This document shows positions 27,561 to 37,740 of a DNA stretch of 64,000 nucleotides, one piece after another; the first letter of the stretch is position 1; the number at the start of each line of letters is the position of its first letter. The stretch spans positions 11,006 to 75,005 of the IMG/VR virus record IMGVR_UViG_3300023174_005350. One strand, given 5' to 3'. The notes under the pieces are model-generated. The model was given only the letters and a program-made list of their open reading frames with translations, was not told the DNA's origin and did no database searches. Source of the stretch: a virus. The translations under genes and the position numbers were made by a program.

Positions 27561-28454
27561 ATGAATAATGTTTACGAAACATCATCTTCAATTGATATAA
27601 ATAAAAAAAACGCAGAACATGGTTTTTTTAATAAACCATTATATGAGCCATCTAACCAAGTGGTTTTTAATAGCTCTATTGCGGAAAAAGTTATATATGG
27701 AGAAAATAATACATATATTGTGCTTGGACGCGATAGGCCAAGCACATTAACTTCTGGATATGGCGGACTTGGACATAGTAAAGCGGGAGCAATAGATATC
27801 GTAGTAGGGAGAGTATCTGCGGTCAATGGTAATGAGATAAAAGAAAACAAAGTAAATCCATCATTCTCAGCCGATGCTGCAAGAATTTATTTAAGTCAAA
27901 AATCTAATATAGATGAATATTTTCAAATCGGCTCAAATCCAATAAAAAATGGTTCTAAAGCTTTATCTGCTATTGGAATAAAAGCTGATGATATAAGAAT
28001 TATAGCTAGAAATAGTTTAAAAATAGTTACTAGAACTGATCCATTGCTATCTAATAAAAATGTTCCGTATGACACGATGGGAATACAATTAATAGCAAAT
28101 AACGATGAAGAAAGTTTACAGCCAATAGTATTAGGAAAAAATTTAGAAACAGCATTAAAGTCTTTACATAATCATTTACAAGATATTGTTTCACATATAA
28201 AAAATTATGTTATTATACAGAACAAATTTAATGAACAAATATCGGATCATACACACTTTTCTCCGTTTTATGCTCAAAAAACTTCCATTGATCCAAAGGT
28301 GATGATGGAAGCTAAAAAGGCGGCTATAAAGACTTTTACTAATGTAGAAGATCAATTAATGAAAGATTGTAATAATTTAACCAGTTGGTTATCTACTTAT
28401 CTAGTAAACAATAAAAATAACTATATAAATAGTAAATATAATTTTTCAAATTAA
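27561..28454 (+). CDS. Probable baseplate spike/hub protein (gp5 C-terminal-like)
   Basis: Beta-repeat segments (YIVLGRDRP, ARIYLSQK, IGIKADDIRIIAR), HTH His motif; lies between the hub and gp25 genes. Confidence 0.5.
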   Translation: MNNVYETSSSIDINKKNAEHGFFNKPLYEPSNQVVFNSSIAEKVIYGENNTYIVLGRDRPSTLTSGYGGLGHSKAGAIDIVVGRVSAVNGNEIKENKVNPSFSADAARIYLSQKSNIDEYFQIGSNPIKNGSKALSAIGIKADDIRIIARNSLKIVTRTDPLLSNKNVPYDTMGIQLIANNDEESLQPIVLGKNLETALKSLHNHLQDIVSHIKNYVIIQNKFNEQISDHTHFSPFYAQKTSIDPKVMMEAKKAAIKTFTNVEDQLMKDCNNLTSWLSTYLVNNKNNYINSKYNFSN

Positions 28455-28461
28455 GGCTTAT

Positions 28462-31400
28462 ATGAATAATTTTGATGATGTTAAGTATCCAAATAATACA
28501 GGGCCAACGCATTTCTTAAATAAAGAAGAAGCTATCGTTGTAACCACTAGAGAAAAAATATTAACTTCTGGAGTTGTTGCTCTTGTTGGAAATAGACGCT
28601 TGCCTAAAGATACAAAAGTTATTGTTTTGGAAGAATGTCTAGGATTAAGTTCAATATGGAGTTATGTAAAACTTCTAGATGATACATATGGATACATTAT
28701 CAATAATAGCTTAAGTCCATTACCAAGTACTAAACAGTCATTTTCATGCTCAACAGACAATCAGCATCAGCCGGATCCACTTACACCAGCTATTGACTGG
28801 AGAGAGCAAAAGCCAAATATCGTTTATATTGATAAAAATTCTGGTAAGGCATGTGTACATTTAGAACTTGAATATCAAACTGTAAACGGCAAAGAAGATT
28901 TAAAAGAAAAAATTAAAGAAGGTTATTATTTAGGTACTTCTCTAATATTACATGAAAATAATAAAAGATACGATAGACAATATGTGGAATATTTAACAAA
29001 TAATTTTTTCTTATTTGCTCAAGCAGAAGAATATTATTTTCCATTAAGAAACTGTTCTACATTAAGAGTTTATGTAACAATACCTATTAGATATTTATAT
29101 AGCAATTCAATACCACCATCAGAAGTTCCAGCAGATAACACAGAAGCAGATTTAGAACAATTATTTGGTCAAGCTGCTGTAAACTTCGATGATACGCTTT
29201 TTTCCGAAAAAGATATAGAACAAACTAATACAACAAACGCCACTGAACAACCGAAATATACTGAAAGAATATTTAAAGATTATTCACAATTTGATAATTT
29301 TATTAAAGCACTAAGCTATGACTTAGGACAATATCAATTATTATATGCATCTGGCGAATGGGATATTTTACCAGAAGGAATAAACATAAATTTTGTTGCT
29401 GAAATAGCTAATTTAAATATATTTTTTAAAAAAATAAATACTTTTATATATGATAATATATCTAATGCGGGCACCGCAAATGCTTTAACCCCATATGTTA
29501 ATTTATTTACCTTTCAAGACAATAAATGGAAAGGAAAATTAAAGTTTTATATTGACACAGAAGATCTAAAAATAGTTGATATAGTTTTATTTGATGAACT
29601 AACTGATAAAAAGATTCCATTAAATGCAGGCTATTATTCCACTTTAAATGATGAAATAATAAAAAATAAAACTATAGTAAATTATTTATTAAAAATACAA
29701 AAAAGCAGTATATTAGAAAATATAGTTGGCGATATTGGTGAAAAAGTTGGTGAAGCGGTTAATACAGTAGCGCAAACAGCGAATGCAACTGGTAATAATA
29801 TTTCTGCTGGTATTAATCAAGCTATAAGTTCTGGTTCTGCTACCATAGGCTCTGTAAGCCAAGATGGTGCTATACAGAATATAGCTGGAAGCATATCAGA
29901 ACAAGCAGCCAATGCGGCTAATAGTTCTTTAGATGCGGCACAGAATGCATTAAATAACGCCAATGTAACCCTTAAGATGTTAAATCCAGATGAAGGCATG
30001 AGAGTTTTTCTCTTAGAAAAACATGAGCCAGTAGTTACTTCGATAAACAGGCGTTCTATGGATTTAGCGAAATGTATACAATCAAATTATGAATTACTAA
30101 CTGATGTAACTAAAAATTATAATAATCCAGCCTTAATAAAACAATATAATGATGCCAGAAAGACAACCGCAGCAAAGCAAAGAGAATTAGAAGGAGATTT
30201 TTTTCAAAAAGCACTATCAAATGATATTAGTAAAATATCTGATAGAAGACTTAGAAAGTTATTTGGTCTTGATCCATTAGTGTCCAAGCCAAATGATCCT
30301 ATTGGTCAATTAAATGAGATATTAGAGATAATAAACTTATTTGATATTCAAAGATTTCTTTTAGAATATTTAAAATGCCAAACGATAGATTTTAATCCGC
30401 AGCAATTTAATGAACTAATAAGCAAATATCAAAATGTAAAAAAAATGCTAGACGAATTAGCAATTACAACTGTTTGCAATCCATATTTTAAAAATACATT
30501 AAAAACTTACTCAACCTTTACTATACCCGTTTTACCAACGCAAAATTCAAATCAATCTTTAATTGAACAATTATTAAAATTAGTATTCAAAGTAACTAAT
30601 GATTTAATAGTATTAGGTATAAGACAACTTTTAACACAATCATTTAAAAATTGTATTGATGATAAAACAAGAAATAATACGCCAAATGGATTTACTAATA
30701 ATCTAGATCCAGCTGCTGGCGTCAATGATCCTGCCATAAATGATTTACTAGATGATTTATATGGTGGGATATATGACGAAAATGGCGATATTGATCCTAA
30801 AGCACAAGAAGCGGCAAAAGAAAAATTAAAAAATCTATTAGATGAATTGAGTAATTGTTTATCTACTAGAGAATTATGTGCATTGTTAACTGGTAAAGCT
30901 ATTAATGATTCTGTTATTGATGCAATAATATCTTTTATAAAAATAAAATATCCTGATCTTGCGGGTAAATTTAATAACAAAGATTATATAGTAAATTTCT
31001 TCCTTATCTTAGGTAGCAATATTGGCGAAGAAGTAAAAGTTTGCGATGATTTGACTTTTGACTCTACTTTTAACAAGAATCCTCTTTGCGACGATGGAAC
31101 AATACAAAATCTTAGAGATGCTTTATTATCTGGAAAAGGCTTAACTCCTGATCTAGTAAATGATTTATTAAATGATATAAATGATAAGAAAGCAAAAAAC
31201 TTAGATGATTTATTAAAGTTCCTAGATTCAGACGAGCCATTTGATTTTAATAATATTCCATCTATCCTATGCCAAAACGGCGTACCGCCAGCTATAAAAA
31301 TTTCACCATCCATGGATAGCTTCAAGACATTATTAAATACATTATTAAAAGATGTATATAATACTTTTGATGCTGAAGCAAAAAATTGGTATAAAACAAC

Positions 31401-34068
31401 TTATTCAATTAGTAGTTCAAGTCCAAATTCATTAAAATTTGATGATAACGGACGAATAGTGACTAATGTATCAAGTGATTCTCTTGGAAATAATGATGGA
31501 GCACAAAGTGGATCTCAAGAGTTTTTACCAAGTTATTTATTCAATAAAAACATAAACAATATTTCTTCGTTAACAACAGGAACTGAAGATTACAAATATA
31601 TTTCCTATAATATATTCTTGAATGGAATATCACAACAAGAATTAGACATTAATTTAATAGAAATAGGTACAAGAGAAAATATAAAAAACGCAGAAGATAT
31701 TCTAAGAAAATTCTTAGGTAAATATAATAATTTATATAATCAATATTTAACTTTTGTCATAGCAGCCGGTGGTTTAGAGGGCATTAGAACTTTAACTACT
31801 TCTACACAACAGACAAACCAGAGAAATAATACTGGAAATGCTGTTTCTAATACTCTTGATGCATTTGGTAAATTTGTCGGTGGTTTATACGGCTCACAAT
31901 TTGGATCTGAAATATCTAAATTTATAAGAGCGCAAGATATGTTTTTAATGAATAATCTTGTAGATATAAAAGATCAAAATAAAGAAAGCATTGCTGCAAA
32001 TGCTTTATTGATGGCAGATTCTGGAATACCAGTATATTTGACGATTATGGATTTTTTGTCTAAATCACAAAGCCAGATGAAAAGTTTGATACAATTAATG
32101 GCTAATAAACTTAGACCTTCTTCACAAAGTACATTTTTAGATAATGGAGTTGTCGGAAGCTATTCAGACATTAGTATTTTATTGGATGATGCAATAAGAA
32201 GTTATAATTCTGTTAAAGAAAGTTATGATGTAATATTAAATTCAACAATTAAATATCCAAGTTTTGATATAAATTATGATAATGGTATAAAAGAATATTT
32301 TAGTTTAAAAAATTACGATGAAACAAATCTATATGATATTAGTAGAATATTAGTAAAGAAAAATTCTAATAATTATTTAAGAATCGGCACAAGAACGAAA
32401 TTAAATGAAGAAACTACTAAGTTTATTTTTAATGATTTAAAAATAAATAAAAAAGATTTTAATAAAATTAAAGTTCTTGATTCATATATTGCATATAAAA
32501 AAGATTTGTATAATAATGAAATAATTGAAGACATTACAGAAGAAGCTAATTTTGATTCCGCAAGTCTATATTCTTCTTTAGATAATTTATCTTTTAATAA
32601 TTTAAAGAAAAAAATTGATAATAAAGATAATTTATTTAATAATTTACACATCCTTCCAATTACTAGCGGTTCTTCACCTAAACAGCCATATACATATTAT
32701 TTTGGTGATAAACTGGTTATTAAACAAACCCAAGAACAAAAAGCATGTGGCGTTAGACCACATTATTTAGATATAGATAGTATTAAAGAAGATATAATAA
32801 ATGAAAAAGAAAAGAGTTTATGTTCTATAGAAGAAGTAAAAGATGAAAGATTATTAGCTAATCAACCAATAAATACTTCACAATTAGAAAATGTAGAAAC
32901 ATCCGAAACTCAAAATATAATCCTAAATGGCACATTTAGATTAGCAATCAGAACATATTTACACGACATATTACTTCGTAGCATTAATTTATTTTCCTAT
33001 TTTGATCCACAAAGCTTAAGAAAAGAACAAAATTTTATTGATTTTATGGCATATCTAGTAGAATCGGAAATGCGCGGAACAGATAATACTTTCTTCAATT
33101 TAATGATTAACCATTTTAATAAAATGGCTAATTTAACTAATACTAAAACGCAAGAAGAAATACAATTTTTACAAAGGGATATGTTCCGCGACACAGTTGA
33201 AAAAGAACTGCAAAATTATGTATTGCCAAAATTAACAAAAAGAATTTGGGAAGATACAAATGCATATTTAATAAATCAAAAAGTAATAAAACCAGAACAA
33301 AAAATAAAATTAAATAATGTGCTAGATGAATATATAAAAGCTAATAATATTTTAATAGCAAAAAATAAATCAGTATATTTAAGAATTGATAAAGCAAAAG
33401 CAATAAAAGTATTTGATGGTGAATTACAAGCCTTTAGAAGTACAACAGATTATGATCTTTTATTTAATTATCTTTTCCCGCAAACTAAACAATTAAATTT
33501 CTTGTTTATGATGAGCGCTTTGTCAACTTCAACAAGACGCTCAGTAATAGAAGCCTTTAAAGATACTAAATCGTCTATTAGAAATTTGGCAATTATAACG
33601 CAAACAAACGGTGCAGATGTCGTGCCTGATTTGACAAATGCTCAAGATATTGTCAATACAGATGACGAAGAAATGATAAAAAAATTCCTTTTTGAAGCTT
33701 TAATAAAGACTCCTTACTTAATTTTCAAAGGATATGCTGAGTCATCAGAACCAAACTTATTAATTTCTTCTGGTGTTTACAGAATATTAAGCGCGATAAT
33801 ACCAGAAACTCCTTCTCTTATGATACCTGCAAATTCTGGTCTATTAGCTTTAGCAGGTCTATTGCCAATAAATCCAATAGTATATGGAATATATTTAGCT
33901 GGTTTATTCTGGTATGAAGATAAGTCCAGTAATAAAGACGCTGCCACTAAGTCCATGTTGTTAAACATGTTAGAAAAGTCAACTTCTGATATGAATTGCG
34001 AAACTGTAACTAATAATAATCCAGATAAAATCGTATTAAATCAAGAAGGTATATACGAAACTAAATAA
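28462..34068 (+). CDS. Very large virion protein (1868 aa) with N-terminal SH3b-like segment and hydrophobic C-terminus
   Basis: LPKDTKVIVLEE...WSYVKL...YGYI; context within the baseplate module. Confidence 0.6.
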   Translation: MNNFDDVKYPNNTGPTHFLNKEEAIVVTTREKILTSGVVALVGNRRLPKDTKVIVLEECLGLSSIWSYVKLLDDTYGYIINNSLSPLPSTKQSFSCSTDNQHQPDPLTPAIDWREQKPNIVYIDKNSGKACVHLELEYQTVNGKEDLKEKIKEGYYLGTSLILHENNKRYDRQYVEYLTNNFFLFAQAEEYYFPLRNCSTLRVYVTIPIRYLYSNSIPPSEVPADNTEADLEQLFGQAAVNFDDTLFSEKDIEQTNTTNATEQPKYTERIFKDYSQFDNFIKALSYDLGQYQLLYASGEWDILPEGININFVAEIANLNIFFKKINTFIYDNISNAGTANALTPYVNLFTFQDNKWKGKLKFYIDTEDLKIVDIVLFDELTDKKIPLNAGYYSTLNDEIIKNKTIVNYLLKIQKSSILENIVGDIGEKVGEAVNTVAQTANATGNNISAGINQAISSGSATIGSVSQDGAIQNIAGSISEQAANAANSSLDAAQNALNNANVTLKMLNPDEGMRVFLLEKHEPVVTSINRRSMDLAKCIQSNYELLTDVTKNYNNPALIKQYNDARKTTAAKQRELEGDFFQKALSNDISKISDRRLRKLFGLDPLVSKPNDPIGQLNEILEIINLFDIQRFLLEYLKCQTIDFNPQQFNELISKYQNVKKMLDELAITTVCNPYFKNTLKTYSTFTIPVLPTQNSNQSLIEQLLKLVFKVTNDLIVLGIRQLLTQSFKNCIDDKTRNNTPNGFTNNLDPAAGVNDPAINDLLDDLYGGIYDENGDIDPKAQEAAKEKLKNLLDELSNCLSTRELCALLTGKAINDSVIDAIISFIKIKYPDLAGKFNNKDYIVNFFLILGSNIGEEVKVCDDLTFDSTFNKNPLCDDGTIQNLRDALLSGKGLTPDLVNDLLNDINDKKAKNLDDLLKFLDSDEPFDFNNIPSILCQNGVPPAIKISPSMDSFKTLLNTLLKDVYNTFDAEAKNWYKTTYSISSSSPNSLKFDDNGRIVTNVSSDSLGNNDGAQSGSQEFLPSYLFNKNINNISSLTTGTEDYKYISYNIFLNGISQQELDINLIEIGTRENIKNAEDILRKFLGKYNNLYNQYLTFVIAAGGLEGIRTLTTSTQQTNQRNNTGNAVSNTLDAFGKFVGGLYGSQFGSEISKFIRAQDMFLMNNLVDIKDQNKESIAANALLMADSGIPVYLTIMDFLSKSQSQMKSLIQLMANKLRPSSQSTFLDNGVVGSYSDISILLDDAIRSYNSVKESYDVILNSTIKYPSFDINYDNGIKEYFSLKNYDETNLYDISRILVKKNSNNYLRIGTRTKLNEETTKFIFNDLKINKKDFNKIKVLDSYIAYKKDLYNNEIIEDITEEANFDSASLYSSLDNLSFNNLKKKIDNKDNLFNNLHILPITSGSSPKQPYTYYFGDKLVIKQTQEQKACGVRPHYLDIDSIKEDIINEKEKSLCSIEEVKDERLLANQPINTSQLENVETSETQNIILNGTFRLAIRTYLHDILLRSINLFSYFDPQSLRKEQNFIDFMAYLVESEMRGTDNTFFNLMINHFNKMANLTNTKTQEEIQFLQRDMFRDTVEKELQNYVLPKLTKRIWEDTNAYLINQKVIKPEQKIKLNNVLDEYIKANNILIAKNKSVYLRIDKAKAIKVFDGELQAFRSTTDYDLLFNYLFPQTKQLNFLFMMSALSTSTRRSVIEAFKDTKSSIRNLAIITQTNGADVVPDLTNAQDIVNTDDEEMIKKFLFEALIKTPYLIFKGYAESSEPNLLISSGVYRILSAIIPETPSLMIPANSGLLALAGLLPINPIVYGIYLAGLFWYEDKSSNKDAATKSMLLNMLEKSTSDMNCETVTNNNPDKIVLNQEGIYETK

Positions 34069-34072
34069 AAAC

Positions 34073-34080
34073 ACTAATTA
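34073..34080 (+). promoter_or_regulatory. Putative late promoter ACTAATTA
   Basis: Recurrent motif, intergenic, upstream of the gp25-like gene. Confidence 0.5.
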
Positions 34081-34098
34081 TTTGCAGGGAATCAAAAA

Positions 34099-34473
34099 AT
34101 GATCGGATATTCACCAAAGTTACCTCTTGCATATGATAGATCAGATGGTCCTTATCTATTAACAAAAGATATTAAAGAATTAACAAAGCAAAATTTAAAG
34201 ATGCTTTTACTCACAGCACCGGGTGAAAGAGTAATGATTCCTAACTTTGGCGTTGGGTTAAAGAATTATCTTTTTTCGCAAGATAATGGAGAATTAAGAC
34301 AAAAGCTAAATCAAGAAATTTATAAACAAGCTGATCAATATATACCTTATATAACCATCACTGAATTAGTATTTTCTCCTGTAGATTCTAATGATTATAA
34401 TACGCTTTATATATCAATAAGATATTCTATTGATGGTTTATCTATTAATGATGAATTAAATATCCAAATATAA
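34099..34473 (+). CDS. Baseplate wedge subunit, gp25-like
   Basis: KQNLKMLLLTAPGERVMIPNFGVGLKNYLF. Confidence 0.92.
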   Translation: MIGYSPKLPLAYDRSDGPYLLTKDIKELTKQNLKMLLLTAPGERVMIPNFGVGLKNYLFSQDNGELRQKLNQEIYKQADQYIPYITITELVFSPVDSNDYNTLYISIRYSIDGLSINDELNIQI

Positions 34474-34502
34474 TCTATTTATTTATATTTGAGGCTAAAT
34501 AA

Positions 34503-36308
34503 ATGGCAAAAAAAATCGTACCTATTAAATATACCAGCAGAGACTATGAAAGTATTAGAAATGATCTAATACAGCACGCTAAAAGATACTATCCAGAAAC
34601 TTATAAAGACTTCAGCGAAGCATCTTTTGGTTCTCTAATGGTTGATACGGTAGCTTATGTAGGAGATATTTTATCTTTTTATTTAGATTATCAAGCAAAT
34701 GAATCTTTTTTAGATACTGCATCTGAATTTAATAATATATTAAAGCTAGGCAGACAAACTGGCTATAAATTTTCTAATTCTAATTCATCTACCGGTATAG
34801 CTTCGTTTTATATATCTATTCCTGCAAATTCATCTGGTTTAGGGCCAAATATGGATTATGCCCCAATTCTTAAAAAAGGTAGCACTTTTAGTACCAATAC
34901 AGCCGTCAGCTTTATATTAAATGAAGATGTGCGTTTTGATGATCCAAGAAATGAAATAAGAGTATTAAAAGTGGACGTTGATACAGGCACTCCAATATTT
35001 TATGCTATAAAAGCAAAGGGTTCCGTTATATCTGGTGTTATAGGGGTAGAAAAAATACAAATTGGAGCTTATGAAAGATTTAAAAAAATAGCCTTGCAGC
35101 AATTAGATATTATAGAAATATTATCCGTATTTGATAACGAAGGTAATGAATATTACGAAGTGGATTATCTATCACAAAACATAATTTATAAATCTATACC
35201 AAATAACAATATTCAAGAGTCTGGAATGGCAAAAGAAATTTTGAAACCATATTTAGTCCCAAGACGTTTCGTAGTAGATAATACGTTAAGAGAAACCAGT
35301 TTGCAATTCGGCGCTAGCTCAGATCAGATTGTTCAAGATGATATGTCCATGATTGCAGAGCCAACTAATGTGGTATTAAATTTATTTGGTAAAGAATATA
35401 TTTCTAGTGATTCATTCGATCCAACAAGATTATTAAATAGTGATAAGTTTGGTGTTGGTCCTTCTGATACTACTTTAACTATTACTTATAGATATAAAGA
35501 TAGTAATACTCAAGTAAACTTTGCTGCTAATTCATTAACTAGAGTCAATAAAGCAGATTTATTATTTACCGATGAACAAAGTTTAAATGCAACATTAAAA
35601 AATTCTATCATTAACAGTGTTGAAATCAATAATGATTCTCCGCTGTTAGGCGACAATACAGTTATAGACTCGGATGAGTTAAAAAGAAGAATAGAGAATG
35701 CTTTTGCATCACAAAATAGAGCAGTTACAGAAGCAGATTATAAGTCATTAACATACTTAATGCCACAAAAATTTGGTGCAATTAAAAGAGTAGCAGTAAA
35801 AAAAGATATTAATTCTCCAAGAAGAAATTTGAATCTTTATCTACTATGCGAAGGCTCAGACGGTTATCTAACTTCACCAAATCAATCAGTAAAAAATAAT
35901 TTAAAGACTTGGTTAGATAAAAATAGAATGATTAATGATACAATTGATATATTAGATGGTAAAGTGGTTAATTATGCTATAAATTTCGCGGCTGTTGGTT
36001 CTAGCAATAGGTCTAAATATGACATTTTAACTGATGCGATAAATCAAATAAAAATTGATTTTGCAACATTACCTGATTTTGGCGAACAATTTACGATAAC
36101 TAATGTTTACGATAGTTTAAAAAAAGTAGATGGCTTAATTGATGTAACATCCGTAACAATCGAAGAAAGAGTCGGCGGTCTATATTCAGACGCACAATTT
36201 AATTTTAAAGCTTATACATCGCCAGATAATAGATATATTAAAGTACCTGATAACGTAATAATGGAATTAAAATATCCTAATAGTAATATTAAAGGAACTA
36301 TTTTGTAA
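34503..36308 (+). CDS. Baseplate wedge protein, gp6/baseplate-J-like
   Basis: YTSRDYESIRNDL, DFSEAS, AYVGDILSFYLD, ESFLDTA, QNRAVTEADY. Confidence 0.9.
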   Translation: MAKKIVPIKYTSRDYESIRNDLIQHAKRYYPETYKDFSEASFGSLMVDTVAYVGDILSFYLDYQANESFLDTASEFNNILKLGRQTGYKFSNSNSSTGIASFYISIPANSSGLGPNMDYAPILKKGSTFSTNTAVSFILNEDVRFDDPRNEIRVLKVDVDTGTPIFYAIKAKGSVISGVIGVEKIQIGAYERFKKIALQQLDIIEILSVFDNEGNEYYEVDYLSQNIIYKSIPNNNIQESGMAKEILKPYLVPRRFVVDNTLRETSLQFGASSDQIVQDDMSMIAEPTNVVLNLFGKEYISSDSFDPTRLLNSDKFGVGPSDTTLTITYRYKDSNTQVNFAANSLTRVNKADLLFTDEQSLNATLKNSIINSVEINNDSPLLGDNTVIDSDELKRRIENAFASQNRAVTEADYKSLTYLMPQKFGAIKRVAVKKDINSPRRNLNLYLLCEGSDGYLTSPNQSVKNNLKTWLDKNRMINDTIDILDGKVVNYAINFAAVGSSNRSKYDILTDAINQIKIDFATLPDFGEQFTITNVYDSLKKVDGLIDVTSVTIEERVGGLYSDAQFNFKAYTSPDNRYIKVPDNVIMELKYPNSNIKGTIL

Positions 36309-37738
36309 TGTCAATAAAGAGATATGTAGCAGATAAAGATACAACTATTACAGACGCCTTTAAGGAAAATCTAATTACTCGCGCCAAAGAATCAAATATG
36401 GGCGCAGCTGATTCCTTAGAAGTATTTACTATTTATGGTCAAGCAGCTACTTCTTCTCTAGAAAAAAGCAGAATATTGGTTCAATTCCCAATAAATGATA
36501 TATCATCAAGCAGAGACAGTGGCTCATTGCCTGCAAGCGGAAGTGTAAAGTTCTTTTTAAGAATATTTAACGTTGAGCATCCATTTTCTGTACCTAGAGA
36601 TTTTACATTATCTATCAATCCTGTATCTCAATCATGGGAAGAAGGCTATGGCCTTGATATGGAAACATATTCCGATAAGGGCTTTGTATCTGGATCTGGC
36701 GGTTTTGGTGCTACATGGCTAGCAGCAGGAAGCGGTTCTGATTGGTTTAGTGAAGGCTCTGATTATCTAACTGGTTCTGGAAACGATTATACGTATTATT
36801 TCTCTAGCGGTTTAGAGGATATAGAGTTAGATATTACAGAACTAACAGAACGTTGGATTGATGGTTCTTTAGCAAATAATGGTCTATTAATAAAATTATC
36901 ATCTTCTCTAGAGAATGGATCTACGCTAACAAGTTATTATACAAAGAAATTCTCTGCAAGAGGATCTGAGTTTTACATGCGCAGACCCTGCATTGAAGCG
37001 CGTTGGGATCCATCCGTCACAGACGATAGAAATAACTTTTATGCATATAGCAACTTGTTATCACCTGACGATAATAAAATGAATTTATATTTCTATAATA
37101 AAGTCAATGGTGCATTAAAGAATATCTATAATAATCCCACATTAGATATAGAGTTTTATACAGATTCTGGTTTTACTAACCAAATAAGCGCTAGTTACGT
37201 TAATGTTACTAATCCGCTTCCCGGTATTTATAGAGCACAAGTTAGCATAGACACAACTTCTAGCGTTCTTTATGATAAATGGGTAAATTCTTTAACTTCC
37301 TCAACTAAATATTTTTCTGGTTCTTTAGACGTATACCAAAGAGAAGCCGATTCCGTTAGCGATCTCCCTCAGTATATTGTCAATATAACAAATTTAAAAA
37401 CTGCTTATTATCAAAATGAAAACGCTAGATTTAATATTTTTGTTCGTGAACGTGATTGGCAACCTAATATTTACACAGTTGCATATAATAATGTAGAAAA
37501 TACTGCAATTCCTAATTTATATTATAAAATTTTCCGATATAATGATAATTATACAATAGTAGATTATTCAACAGGATCCCTAGCATATACTAAGACATCA
37601 TATGATTCAAATGGAAATTATTTTGAATTAGACATGAATATTCTTGAAAAAGATTATGGATATGGTATAAAATTAGCAACTTGGGATGGTTCTGTTTTAC
37701 GAGAATTTAAAGATACATATAAATTTAGGATTCAGTAA
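36308..37738 (+). CDS. Virion structural protein (beta-sandwich, baseplate-associated)
   Basis: ADKDTTI, SRILVQF, SWEEG.G, NNGLLIK pattern; SGS-rich. Confidence 0.6.
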   Translation: MSIKRYVADKDTTITDAFKENLITRAKESNMGAADSLEVFTIYGQAATSSLEKSRILVQFPINDISSSRDSGSLPASGSVKFFLRIFNVEHPFSVPRDFTLSINPVSQSWEEGYGLDMETYSDKGFVSGSGGFGATWLAAGSGSDWFSEGSDYLTGSGNDYTYYFSSGLEDIELDITELTERWIDGSLANNGLLIKLSSSLENGSTLTSYYTKKFSARGSEFYMRRPCIEARWDPSVTDDRNNFYAYSNLLSPDDNKMNLYFYNKVNGALKNIYNNPTLDIEFYTDSGFTNQISASYVNVTNPLPGIYRAQVSIDTTSSVLYDKWVNSLTSSTKYFSGSLDVYQREADSVSDLPQYIVNITNLKTAYYQNENARFNIFVRERDWQPNIYTVAYNNVENTAIPNLYYKIFRYNDNYTIVDYSTGSLAYTKTSYDSNGNYFELDMNILEKDYGYGIKLATWDGSVLREFKDTYKFRIQ

Positions 37739-37740
37739 AT

